64,000 nucleotides of DNA from positions 434,001 to 498,000 of the forward strand of contig JBDOQK010000002.1 of NCBI GenBank assembly GCA_040437565.1. Direction: 5' to 3'. The translations under genes and the position numbers were made by a program. Below, one piece after another: positions 1 to 11,239 of this stretch. The notes under the pieces were generated by a model that saw nothing but the letters and a program-made list of their open reading frames with translations, was not told the origin of the DNA and searched no databases. The stretch comes from Albugo candida. Its lineage: Eukaryota. Numbering within the stretch: the stretch's first letter is position 1; every line of letters starts with the position of its first letter.

Positions 1-259
1 TAAACACGAAAATCTGACTTGATTCGGTGTCAAATCAGCTGCAGGAACAACTAGTCGACAGCCAAAAGCAGATGGAAGACTAGCTCTGACTTGCTCTTTG
101 AAAGACGATTCTCCTGTGATCACTTCCGATTGGACAAAATGAAACTGATATCTGATGTACACAGAGAGCATCATTTTTTATTACAGTCTTTTCGCCAGAT
201 GCCTACCGTACCTTTTTGATGTATTTAAGTAATTTCTCATATTTTAAGATTCCACAACT

Positions 260-583
260 ATGAATTCGGCTCGAGAAAAAGTCGCATTCGCCGTACTGTG
301 TGGGATGACAGGAGTGTCGGTGACAACGGTTTCTGTTCTGGCGTATTTCCGTATCCAGAGCCCCAAGGAATTTGTAGACACATCGATGAAAGCATCGCGT
401 TTAGATTTGAAAGATGAAGCGTCCAGAAAATGGGGAATTTATGGTACAGGTCTCTCGGAACTCATCCCACAAAAATGGATCGATTTTTTTGTTCCTCCGA
501 ATGCAGCAGAACAAGTTTATGCGCAGCGAAATGCCCGAGTCGCACAGATTCGAAGAGCATTGGAAGAGATGCGCCCTCGATAA
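260..583 (+). CDS. Small hypothetical protein with an N-terminal hydrophobic segment (107 aa)
   Basis: Clean ATG-to-stop ORF. Hydrophobic stretch VAFAVLCGMTGVSVTTVSVLAYF. No family recognised. Confidence 0.55.
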   Translation: MNSAREKVAFAVLCGMTGVSVTTVSVLAYFRIQSPKEFVDTSMKASRLDLKDEASRKWGIYGTGLSELIPQKWIDFFVPPNAAEQVYAQRNARVAQIRRALEEMRPR

Positions 584-730
584 AACCCTAAATAAAAGTA
601 GTATAAACGAATTGTTTTTGCTTTACAACCAAATTATCCGTAACTGCATATGTAGCCAAATAGGAGTCAAAAACTACTTATCTAGTGTAGCCTTCACTTC
701 GACATCAAGCTGTTAAGTGTTAGAAAGCGG

Positions 731-2182
731 CATGACGGACATTCGATGCCAGTCAAAGGTATGCATTTCTTGTTGATTTCCATGGCTGCTTTGCGTAGTT
801 GAGGAACTATGTTGCTTTTTGTCCACATGCATAAACGTAAAAGACAGAAATGCAACAAAAGCGCGGCGAAATTAACGCAAAATTGCTTCCAGAAGAGTCG
901 ATTCCGGATCGACTTGAAAATCAAAGCGCACGCGAGTTTTTAAAGAATGCGCCTTCCAAAGGATTATGGCTGCCCATGGGCATAGAGGTCAAAGTGATGC
1001 AGTGCTGGCGTTGTAAGGCGTATGGACATCGCGCAGGAGATCGAGAGTGTCCGCTTTCAATCGGTGGAAATTTGATTCTTGATGCGGAACGACAAGCTCG
1101 AGAGGATCCTATGGCAAAGTATGTGGCGTCCAATGTCGAATTTGGAATCAATGAGGTGATTCCCGGAACATTTTCATTGAATTTTGACGCAAAAAAAACG
1201 AAAAAGAAAGCAAAACGTGCAAGATTGGCAAAGTTACTGCGAGAAATCAAAAGAGAAGTAAAAAAAGAGAGAAAACAAAAGAAGCACAATTCAAAGAAAA
1301 AAAGGAAGCGGAAGAGAAGNNNNNNNNNNNNNNNNNNNNNNNNNNNNNNNNNNNNNNNNNNNNNNNNNNNNNNNNNNNNNNNNNNNNNNNNNNNNNNNNN
1401 NNNNNNNNNNNNNNNNNNNTGCTTTTTGTCCACATGCATAAACGTAAAAGACAGAAATGCAACAAAAGCGCGGCGAAATTAACGCAAAATTGCTTCCAGA
1501 AGAGTCGATTCCGGATCGACTTGAAAATCAAAGCGCACGCGAGTTTTTAAAGAATGCGCCTTCCAAAGGATTATGGCTGCCCATGGGCATAGAGGTCAAA
1601 GTGATGCAGTGCTGGCGTTGTAAGGCGTATGGACATCGCGCAGGAGATCGAGAGTGTCCGCTTTCAATCGGTGGAAATTTGATTCTTGATGCGGAACGAC
1701 AAGCTCGAGAGGATCCTATGGCAAAGTATGTGGCGTCCAATGTCGAATTTGGAATCAATGAGGTGATTCCCGGAACATTTTCATTGAATTTTGACGCAAA
1801 AAAAACGAAAAAGAAAGCAAAACGTGCAAGATTGGCAAAGTTACTGCGAGAAATCAAAAGAGAAGTAAAAAAAGAGAGAAAACAAAAGAAGCACAATTCA
1901 AAGAAAAAAAGGAAGCGGAAGAGAAGTGTCAGCTCCGAAATAGAAACCAATGCGCTCACTAGGACGTCGAGAAGCTCATCATTCTCAAGTGATTGGAGAG
2001 AGTGTCGAACGACTCAATCTCGAGAGCCCAAACAGCGTAGAGCGCGTCATGATCCTCGGAACCAGAGGAGGCGCTTTTCACGCACCCCATCCAGGTCTCG
2101 ATCGGCGCCCCGTTCCCGATACAAAATTGATTTTTCAGCTCGTAAACAAAGTCGTTCGGTCGCGGAAAAACATTCCAGATAA
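731..2182 (+). CDS. RP9: RP9/PAP-1-like nuclear splicing-associated zinc-knuckle protein (one gene, split and duplicated by the gap at 1320-1419)
   Basis: Motif AREFLKNAPSKGLWLPMGIEVKVMQCWRCKAYGHRAGDRECP matches the RP9 family core as I know it. K-rich and RS-rich C-terminus. 813-1319 is repeated at 1420-1926. The start at 731 with a short intron is tentative. Confidence 0.85.
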
Positions 2183-2197
2183 ACAAAAATTCATATT

Positions 2198-5100
2198 TCA
2201 TCTGGGCACAAGAGGGTATAGAATGGCGGGGACAAATGCTTGAGGTTGAGCTCGTTCTTCTTGTCTTAATTCATGCGCTTTTAGTGAGGAACTTTGTCTG
2301 AACGGAGTTGACAAGCTAAATTCCTCGTCCTCGTATACAAGTGACTTTGCTGTCAAAGTCGTTTTGTGTCCAATGCATTCCAAGTTTCCAGTACGCTCAT
2401 TTTCCTGCTGCGAGTCAATCGGCCGAATCATTTCTATCGCGGTGTTCACAAAAGCATGTTGAGAAGATTTGGATCGCTGATGAGAAACGCTAGCGGTGAA
2501 ATTACTCTTTTGAACGACTGGCAAGTACTCTTCTTCATCCTCACTATCAAAACTATCGTCATCATCTACGCGTTCCTCAAATGACACATTCCTTGTCTGT
2601 TTGTATATGGACGCGATTCTCTGCTGTTGACGCGGAGAGGGATCCCTTCTTCTCGCTAATGGGCGTTCGGCTGCGATATGAACATTCTTTGCGGCTTTGA
2701 CCGCGTTGTGCGTCACGACAGAAGCGTTAAAATCTCCCGCTTTTGGCAGCAACAGTGTGCTGATATCGGTCATACGCTGCGGCGTTTTCCATAAAGTCTC
2801 ATGATTGTACCCTCGAGAATTGTCTTGCATGAAATTATTCGATTTCAAGACCGTCTTACTGATTCGAGTTCGACCACTTCCAGCATCCCGTGAAGCCGTC
2901 GTTGCTGTCCATGCGTCGCTCGAGGACACAATGGCCTCAACTGCGATCGTACGACGCAGTGAACGCATCAAACGATCATATTCACCAATTTGGCCAGCAC
3001 GACTATGAATATCTTCCATCTGTGCGACTTGACGATCCCAGCATTGTCGAGTATGGCGGTAAAGTGACTGAAAATGAGCACACTCGTCAACGGCCAGATG
3101 AAGCTCAAGTCGTAACTCGTGAGCCTGGCCATCCACAAGACCTTTTCGAGCTTTTTCCTCACGCAATTTCTCCTTGAGCGATCCCAAGCTAAGTGATAGC
3201 GATTCTTTGTCCCGTTCCGCACACCGAAGCAGAAACAGGTGCTCTTCATTGACTTGAATCAGACTTGTGAGCTGTTCTATCTGAGTTTGTATCTGTCTTT
3301 CCTGGGCAGTTATTGTATTCTTCACATTTTCTGCTTCTTCCGTTANNNNNNNNNNNNNNNNNNNNNNNNNNNNNNNNNNNNNNNNNNNNNNNNNNNNNNN
3401 NNNNNNNNNNNNNNNNNNNNNNNNNNNNNNNNNNNNNNNNNNNNNACTGCGATCGTACGACGCAGTGAACGCATCAAACGATCATATTCACCAATTTGGC
3501 CAGCACGACTATGAATATCTTCCATCTGTGCGACTTGACGATCCCAGCATTGTCGAGTATGGCGGTAAAGTGACTGAAAATGAGCACACTCGTCAACGGC
3601 CAGATGAAGCTCAAGTCGTAACTCGTGAGCCTGGCCATCCACAAGACCTTTTCGAGCTTTTTCCTCACGCAATTTCTCCTTGAGCGATCCCAAGCTAAGT
3701 GATAGCGATTCTTTGTCCCGTTCCGCACACCGAAGCAGAAACAGGTGCTCTTCATTGACTTGAATCAGACTTGTGAGCTGTTCTATCTGAGTTTGTATCT
3801 GTCTTTCCTGGGCAGTTATTGTATTCTTCACATTTTCTGCTTCTTCCGTTAGCTGAAGGACTTGAGTCTCCAGTTTGGACTTACGATATCGACTCATTAT
3901 GTATACACATCGTTCCATCAAATACGATTGCCGCTTTTCGACTGATCGTGACCTTGCGACCGCAGCATTCTTATCCAAAGTATCGGGAACATCATGTGAA
4001 AGATTCGATTCTGGTGTGATCATCGTTTCGGTCAAAGGAGAATGCACCTCATCATCGTGATATTCTATCAATTCGTCCTCTTCGTCCAATAATCCATCGA
4101 CATTGACAAAGGTTGCGAAACTATTTTTCGCCAAGTGAATGATTTCGCGTAAGGCTTCATCGGCTGGGAATTTATCGTGTTTTACCAATTCCAGAAGCTG
4201 CTTAACAGATTGCAGGAATTTTGTAAAAAGAGTCTGGAAATTAGCAACTTGGGCTTTCTTCTCATAGTGTACGTGGCAAAGCTCTTCCTTTTCATCTTTC
4301 AATTGTTCGATCATTTGGTTTAACTTGGAGCATTTAATTTCCCAACTTTCAATCTCTTCTCGAAGTTGTCTTACATTTTGTACTGCTTGTGCAGTAGTCA
4401 TGGAATGCTTTTCGTTCTCCAAACGGCCTTGTTGGAGCTTCACAAGCAGAATGCATACTTCCTCTTGCAACGAAGTAATCTGATCCTTTGCTTTTTCTTC
4501 GGCAAGGACGTGATGCTCCGATAGCACGGATAATCTAAAAATGGCGAGAGTGTGACAATCGACATCAACTACAAAAGCATTCAACTTACGCGTTCTCAGA
4601 ATCGTGTAAGCGGTTCTCAATCAACGTGCATTCTTGCCGGATTTGCTCACATTTACGCTCGGACCTGACAAAAGCTTGCTGACTTGCAGAAAACATGCCT
4701 TTGAGATGCTGGTAATCCTTCTCCAAACCTTCGATCAGAAGTTGGAGATTCTGTATACTTTCCTGATCGGATCGATGCATTTCTTGCAACCGTTCGATTT
4801 CACGTTGTGACTGAGATTTGTCATTCAGTAGAATTTCAATCTGAAGTTTGTCTTGTGGCCGAATCTCTGCGTTTTTGATCTCCTGAGCAAGTAGTTGATT
4901 CTTCCGTTCCATAATTTTCACTTCCACTTTTGCGTCGTTCATTTCTGAGAGTAAAATCGCAATTCTCTGACTATGTGCTGCATTTTGTGTGATTTCAGAT
5001 TGGTATTGCTCTTCAACAGCTTTCAGAGTCAACACATCATTTTCGTGCCGAAGCTGCCAGGTCGAAATATCTATTTCCAAGGACTCTGTTTCTCGCGTGA

Positions 5101-6559
5101 GAGATGCGATTGCAGTTTGGAATTCCGCTTGCTGCTGAGATAATTGGAAATTCTCCTGTATCGTACGATCTTTTTCTCGTGCTATTTCAGAGATACTGTG
5201 CTTCAAAGTCTCCAGTTCGATTACGCGTGTTTCATTCAACACAATGGCTTCATTCATCCGCTTTGCCATTTCAAATTTTTCTTCCTGAAAGCGTTCTACT
5301 TGGTTCTTGAGAGTTTGATTCTCCTCCACACTGGCAATCTTCTCGGTCAGCACGTGTAAACGCTCGGAATGTGCTAATTCGAAATCTCTTCTGGCATCAT
5401 CCAACTCTTTCGATAGACGGTCTATCTCCTCTTCTCGAAGCCGAATTTCAAGCTCCAATCTCCGATTACTCTCCAAAGCGTTTGTTTGTTGAGTTTGTCC
5501 TTCCCGAATAAGCTTTAGCTGTTGTTCGAGCTCAGTCTCCAGTACCTTGTTATGATCGCGCTCCTTTTCTTTTTTTTCTTTGACGTGTTCTAACTCGACG
5601 AGAAGCTTTTGCATTTGGAGCTCAGCCGAGAATTTTTCGCTTTGATGAAAAGCTTCCCTCTCTTGCCGCCACTCCACAAAAGCCTGACGAAGCTTTGATA
5701 AAGCCATTTCATACCTCCCACTATCGCATTGCTCCAGGAGCAAGAGGAAAACGAGCCAGATATTCGAGGACATTTGTGTCGCCACTGGAGATGGAATATG
5801 TCGGACAATATCCCCGATAATGCTGTGAAATCCTTTTGTGTACACATACAACGCTCGATATAATCGATCCACCAGCTCTTTTGGCATTTGAAGTCGCTCC
5901 AGTGTTGCTCGGTCAAGACCTACCCGAGATAGTGATTCCATGGTGATAGGTAAATCTTGAGCATGGGAACGATTATCAAATTCCAGGCCTGCCTTAGCCA
6001 TCAATTCGATAACGTTCGTGCGTGGTAGAATAAAATCGCCTATCATTTCGAGTTGGGTCTTCACCCAGTCTTCAGCATCAGCAGCATCTACATGACCTTG
6101 CGAGGTGGTACAATGTGATCGCGTTGGTGAGTAATTCGATCGGGTACCCTCTTGTCCTTGAAGTCTGATCGCATCGGCTGTTACTTCTACATTGATGTCA
6201 ATATCTCGCCGAGTTTTTTTCATTCGTTCTAGTATCTCCCTGTTGATGCGAGTGATTTCCAACTCTGCTGGAGTCATTGAAGGAGACAACTGCGCACTAA
6301 TGCTTTCCAAAGAAGTATTTGGATCTGTACAACAATACACGCTATTATCTATCGATTTTCACACAAAAGTGTTGAGAATGTAGCCTGCCTCAAGCCTACC
6401 GAAAGTCCTCACGACCTGCCGTGAATCGATCTGAAGGAAGGCTCCTTCCCCAGTCTTTGTCTCAATCCTCCTGAGCTTACTTGCAGGAGAAAGACTGTGT
6501 AAGGAACCTTTTGGCTCCTCAAGAATGCCTTCCTGACTGCCCGATCCTTCTGCATCCAT
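2198..6559 (-). CDS. Large multi-exon coiled-coil protein
   Basis: ORFs 6359-6559, 4586-6340, 3343-4620 and 2198-3325 join through GT-AG introns (about 6350-6399 and 4535-4589) and the gap overlap. Long E/Q/K/L heptad-rich sequence. Confidence 0.7.
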
Positions 6560-6670
6560 TGAGCCTTTGAATGCTTTCCAGATTCAAGGTCAACAAGGTA
6601 CCGTCGTGAATATGTTTATTTCGGCCTCCATTTTCTAACAATAGATTTTGGCTTAGAAGCGATCTGACTT

Positions 6671-9600
6671 TCACTCACTGGTGATGATTTTTCTGAGTCG
6701 AGAACGCTGAGATCGACGAATATTTTTCTTGCTTATGTCTTGAAGTCGACGCCTTGAGTTGCTTACATCACTCTTGGATGAATGATGAGCCAAACGTTCC
6801 GAGAGTTTGTCCTGCAAAAGCTGCAGATCTTGATGGACTTTCCAGCAGTAAGGATCAAGCGATAAATTGGCGCTTTCAGGAAAGCTTGTCTCAGCCTTGG
6901 ACTCATTCACACTCATATCAGAATTTTGATTACTTGTACGATCCCAACTAGACTCTCCTATCATCCCCGTCGATGAAGATGGTCTTAATCGCTCCAATTC
7001 GCTGGATAGCTGTGAGATTTGCGCATTCTTTTCCCTCAGTAACTCCTCAATCTCGTGTCTTTGAGCTTCCGCTGTCTCTAGCTGATGTCTTAGCTCGCAA
7101 TTCTCTTTGTTCAATCCTTGTGTCTCGACCTCTAGCTCTTCATGTTGTCGACGCATCTCATTCCGTGTGGCTGCGATCTCAGCCTCATATTCTTGCAATT
7201 GATTCGCAGCATCGAGTCGTTCAGCCTGCTCTTTCTTCAGTTGTGTTTTGAGCTTTGTAATTTGGAATTGGCTTTCATTTCTATTCGATTCAAGCTCATG
7301 TATGAGTCGCGATCTCTCTCTTCGTATTGAGTCAATATCACGTTTCATGTGTTCCATCTCACCGTAAAATTCCGTCTCACTATCGCGTTCTTTTGTCAGT
7401 TGCAGTCGTAAGCGATCGATCTCAGCCTCGAGGTGTTTTTTCCCTTGTTCCAAGCTCTTTACTTGATGCTGTAACTCGAACTCCTGATTCTCTTTCTCGT
7501 GATATAGTTTCTGTAAGGCTGTATCGTGATGCGCTAAGCCATTGTGTCTTGATCGTATCTCTTCCTGAAGTACTCTTGTCTCGAGTTCTTTCGTCTCTAA
7601 ATTCTCTTGCAATTGCCGCAGGTCTTTTTCTCGTTTTTCCGCAACTGCTTTCCATCGACCCAATTCGATTGCCAGTGCTTCCATTTCTCGATTTCCAATC
7701 ATTTCTTTTGCTTTCAGTTGCTCGAATTGCGTTTGAGATATTTGGATATCCGAGTTCATAGCTTGTAAGCGCTGTTGTCTCCAACGAAACCAAAATCGAA
7801 AGATTAATCGATCTTCGTCGTGATTTCGTACGCGTTTGTAGTCACATAAGAGCTGCTTGGATTTGGCGATGAAAAGGTTCCATTTGTGATACCATTTCTT
7901 CAGCAATTTTGTTCTTTTTCGACGATGAAAATGGGTCAAAAAGCACAAGTGGGAATCTTCCAACTTGGCGAAGACTACTCTTCTTTTAAAGATTTTGAAA
8001 TGTGTCTGCAATTCTTCAAGCTTGCCTTGTTTCTTGCTCCGCACGTGGAGTCTTGTTTGCTGGGCCCAAGCCTTCCATCCCGATCGAAGAAGTTTGACAA
8101 AGTAATGCTTCCAGGCCTTTGTAGATCCTTGCTCATACTTTCGTTTAGCAATAGTGTAGCTCTTCCATACGCGCCATATCCTGCGCTGTTTTCGGTGATT
8201 TGAGTATCGGTGTGCGAGTAGAAATGATCTTTGAGACGATACATGAGCTTGGACTCCTTTCTTCCACAGACAAAATGCATTTTTCTTGTGCATTCTATCT
8301 TCCTGCCGCTTTTTATACTTCTGACTCCTTCCAGCTGTATACAATTTCAACCAGCGATTCCATACGCTTCTTTGGATATGCCGAGAATAATGCAAATGCG
8401 TGTTGGTGATATGGCGCCAAGCCGTAAAAAATCTGACCTCTATCTTGAAGATTCTCTGCTTTCGCATCTCACAAAGACGCTGGCATCGTGGCCTGCTTAC
8501 TTGATCAAGTAGAGCTGCCAGCTCGATAAAGTAAGGCGTTTTACCTGAAGATGCTCTCGTTTGCGCTGATGGTCTTGGATCTTGACCAGTTGACGATGAC
8601 TCAGTGCTGCAGCCTTCCATATGCTAAAGTACATTTTGCACTGTTTCTCAGCCTGAGCATACTCTGCGCTTTTCGTCATTTTTCTGCTCATCTTTTCAGT
8701 CATTGTGTACTGCTTCCAGGATCTCATGATTTCGACCATTAGCCTCTTTTGTCGACTTTGTTGGACAGTAAGACGAGCTACAACACTCACTCGGCTTGCT
8801 GTGTTCCAAGCCATGAAATAATCCATCAAAGTATTTCGTTTGCTTCGATCGATAAATCGTCGTATTTCAGACGATTGTATGCATCTGATTCTCCATTTGA
8901 TCAGCATTTCTTGTTGTCGTCTGCGTCCGCATCGATGTCGGATTCGTCGGAGAGATACTTTGACTGAGTAGAATAGAACCCAACGTCGAAAGAATCGTTT
9001 TGTCACCTTTGGGTACGCAAATGTTTGAACACGCAAGTTGACTTCGATACGGATTTTCTCGCATTCCATTGCATCTCTCGATAGCGCTGTTTTATGTGTC
9101 TGAAGCTCCTTTTGTGCTGCAAAGAGTTGGCGTTTCAAATCGATTTCTCGTTGCTCTGAGGCCATCAGTGCTGACACGTATTTTGCTTCACGTTCCAGTA
9201 AAGCTTTATCATACTTTTCGACGATCTGATTGTCATCTCCTCTGGCTTTCGAAGCCGGAATGCTTGCTAAAGTAGAGTTTTGTCGGATTGTCCCGTTTTG
9301 GGGATTATATGGAGCCTGAGGTGTACTCTTCACCCGGATCCGATCCTTTTCAAATAGATTTGAATGTTTATGACGGGTGTTGGCTTTATTTCGTTCCGGG
9401 ACATCGTGACACTCGTTTCGCGGCCTTGGAGATCTATTTTCCGGAGGTGTCTTGGATGCATCCCATTCCTTTACATTGTGTTCATTTGTTGAATCTCTAC
9501 TCGACTGTCTTGCTTCGTTCTTCTCACTGAGAATAGACGGACTAACACCTCTGTCCCGAATCGATTTTCTTTCAGCAGAATCACAATCTGAAGAATGCAG

Positions 9601-11031
9601 CTTCTTTGTGTGATTTTGCATGGTATAATTTGGTGCTGTGCTGTCGAGACTCGTTTCGACTCTCCGATTTGTGAGGTCTGGATCAGGTTGTTGCGGCGGG
9701 AGATCCTTCATACCCGATACTAGCGAGGAGTAGCGTTCAGTGTCGTGTTTGCTGATGACACAGTCTGATTGACTGTTTCTGATTGATTCTCGAGAATTGA
9801 CAACATGTCTTGTGGGCCTCATTGATGCACCATTGCTGATAATTCTTTGCCTCCCGTCTGGAGTGGTGGCCAACAGAGAGGAAAGATAGCCCAATGTATC
9901 AGTCAAGTTTTGCTCACATGCGGATTGTTTTTGTATGATTGTATCTTGCTGTAAGTATATCATCTGAGTGAAGGCTTCATACCACGACTGAAATTGACTT
10001 CGTAGCTCAAATGGAAGCACTGGAATCGATTGTACACTTTCTGCATCATTTTCGGCAGTCCTTGGCTTTTGTAGAGGCTCCGATGAGCGAAATTCTTTGG
10101 CGATGCCGTGAAGAAGCTCTTTAGCTCGTACTTTGGGATGTTCCGACAATTTTCGACGTGCTTGAATGACAATTCTCAATATCTGAACTTCCATTTGCTC
10201 ACGACACTCGTAGTAGCCGCTATTTTCGTACCGCCATATCCGCACGAGTGTGAGCATCTTTTCTTTTGAAAAAGCCTCATGCAAATTCGGAATACAATCA
10301 AACATATACTGAGTCTGCCTCTCACTGACAAGTGAACAAGCGTTATGTCCAAGAATGAACGCAAACAAGTCACGATGTAATTTGATTTTTGTTTGTATCA
10401 TTTGCAATTTGTTGATTTCAAAATGATTCCGAAGTACTCTGTCTCTCAAGGAACTATCAATGCATGCGATATGAAATGAATGGTCTCTTTCAGCCCGCCG
10501 AACTTCCAGGGAGTCCAAAACGATAAGATGCTTTAAGCGATCAATAATACGAAAACGATAATTCGGAAAGTAACAAAGAGGATTTCCTACCAAATTGAGA
10601 TTTCTCAGTTGGGAAAGCGGATGGAGCCATTCGATTTGTTTGAAATCGGTGATCAAATTCCCACCTACCGAAAGAGTTCTCAGTGCACAAAAATTCTCGA
10701 TACCATCCAAAACAGTGAGGTCATTCTGGCTCAAGTATAGCGAGGTCACTTGTTGAATGACACATTGCGGGAAATCGCTTCCGACTGAATCAATTTTACG
10801 TCCGACAGCATTCAATCGGAAGCCATCGCACATTTTTGCTCCATTTCGTCGTATCACATCGCTTAGAGATACATGCGTCCGTGATACTACCAATGGCGCT
10901 ATATTTCGCTTCTTAACTCGCGAGTGGTCTGCTGATTTTTTTTCGTCTGGAAGCTCATATTTTATCTCTTGATTCTGATGGACTTGATGGCGTGTAAAAT
11001 GATCCAAATAGCTCGTTTTCCTCATTCGCAA
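6671..11031 (-). CDS. N-terminal LRR plus Sfi1-like Trp-repeat plus coiled-coil protein (probable centrosomal/basal-body protein)
   Basis: SDS22-like LRRs (LYLSQNDLTVLDGI, LSVGGNLIT, LNLVGNPLC..PNYR). Many periodic W-containing basic repeats (FFRRWV, YFMAWN, FSIWK, FTAWR, FCLWKK). C-terminal coiled coil. The two ORFs probably join through an intron at about 8435-8500 (GTAAGC donor). Confidence 0.7.
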
Positions 11032-11239
11032 TAGCTTATGTTAAAATTCGGGTATTATTATACGATTTCAATTGATTCACAGCAATAAAGTCTCTCAAAA
11101 CTTTTAAACATCGATAGAATAGTGGTGGCTCGAAGAAGGCATCCTCATGTACCTCGAACGGTCGTTTCTGCGTTATGATTGGCCAAACATGTATCTTAAG
11201 GAGTCATTCTCAATCTTATTGGTCAATATATAGTAGCAT

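Noticed and set aside
813-1926. Apparent tandem duplication of the RP9-like gene
   Set aside because: Exact direct repeat on both sides of a 100-N gap; unmerged contig overlap.
2940-3851. Apparent internal repeat in the coiled-coil gene
   Set aside because: Identical 406-bp overlap flanking a 100-N gap; assembly artefact.
8435-8620. Possible programmed frameshift between ORFs 8497-11031 and 6671-8620
   Set aside because: A GTAAGC donor at the stop and an in-frame downstream AG explain the join as an ordinary intron.
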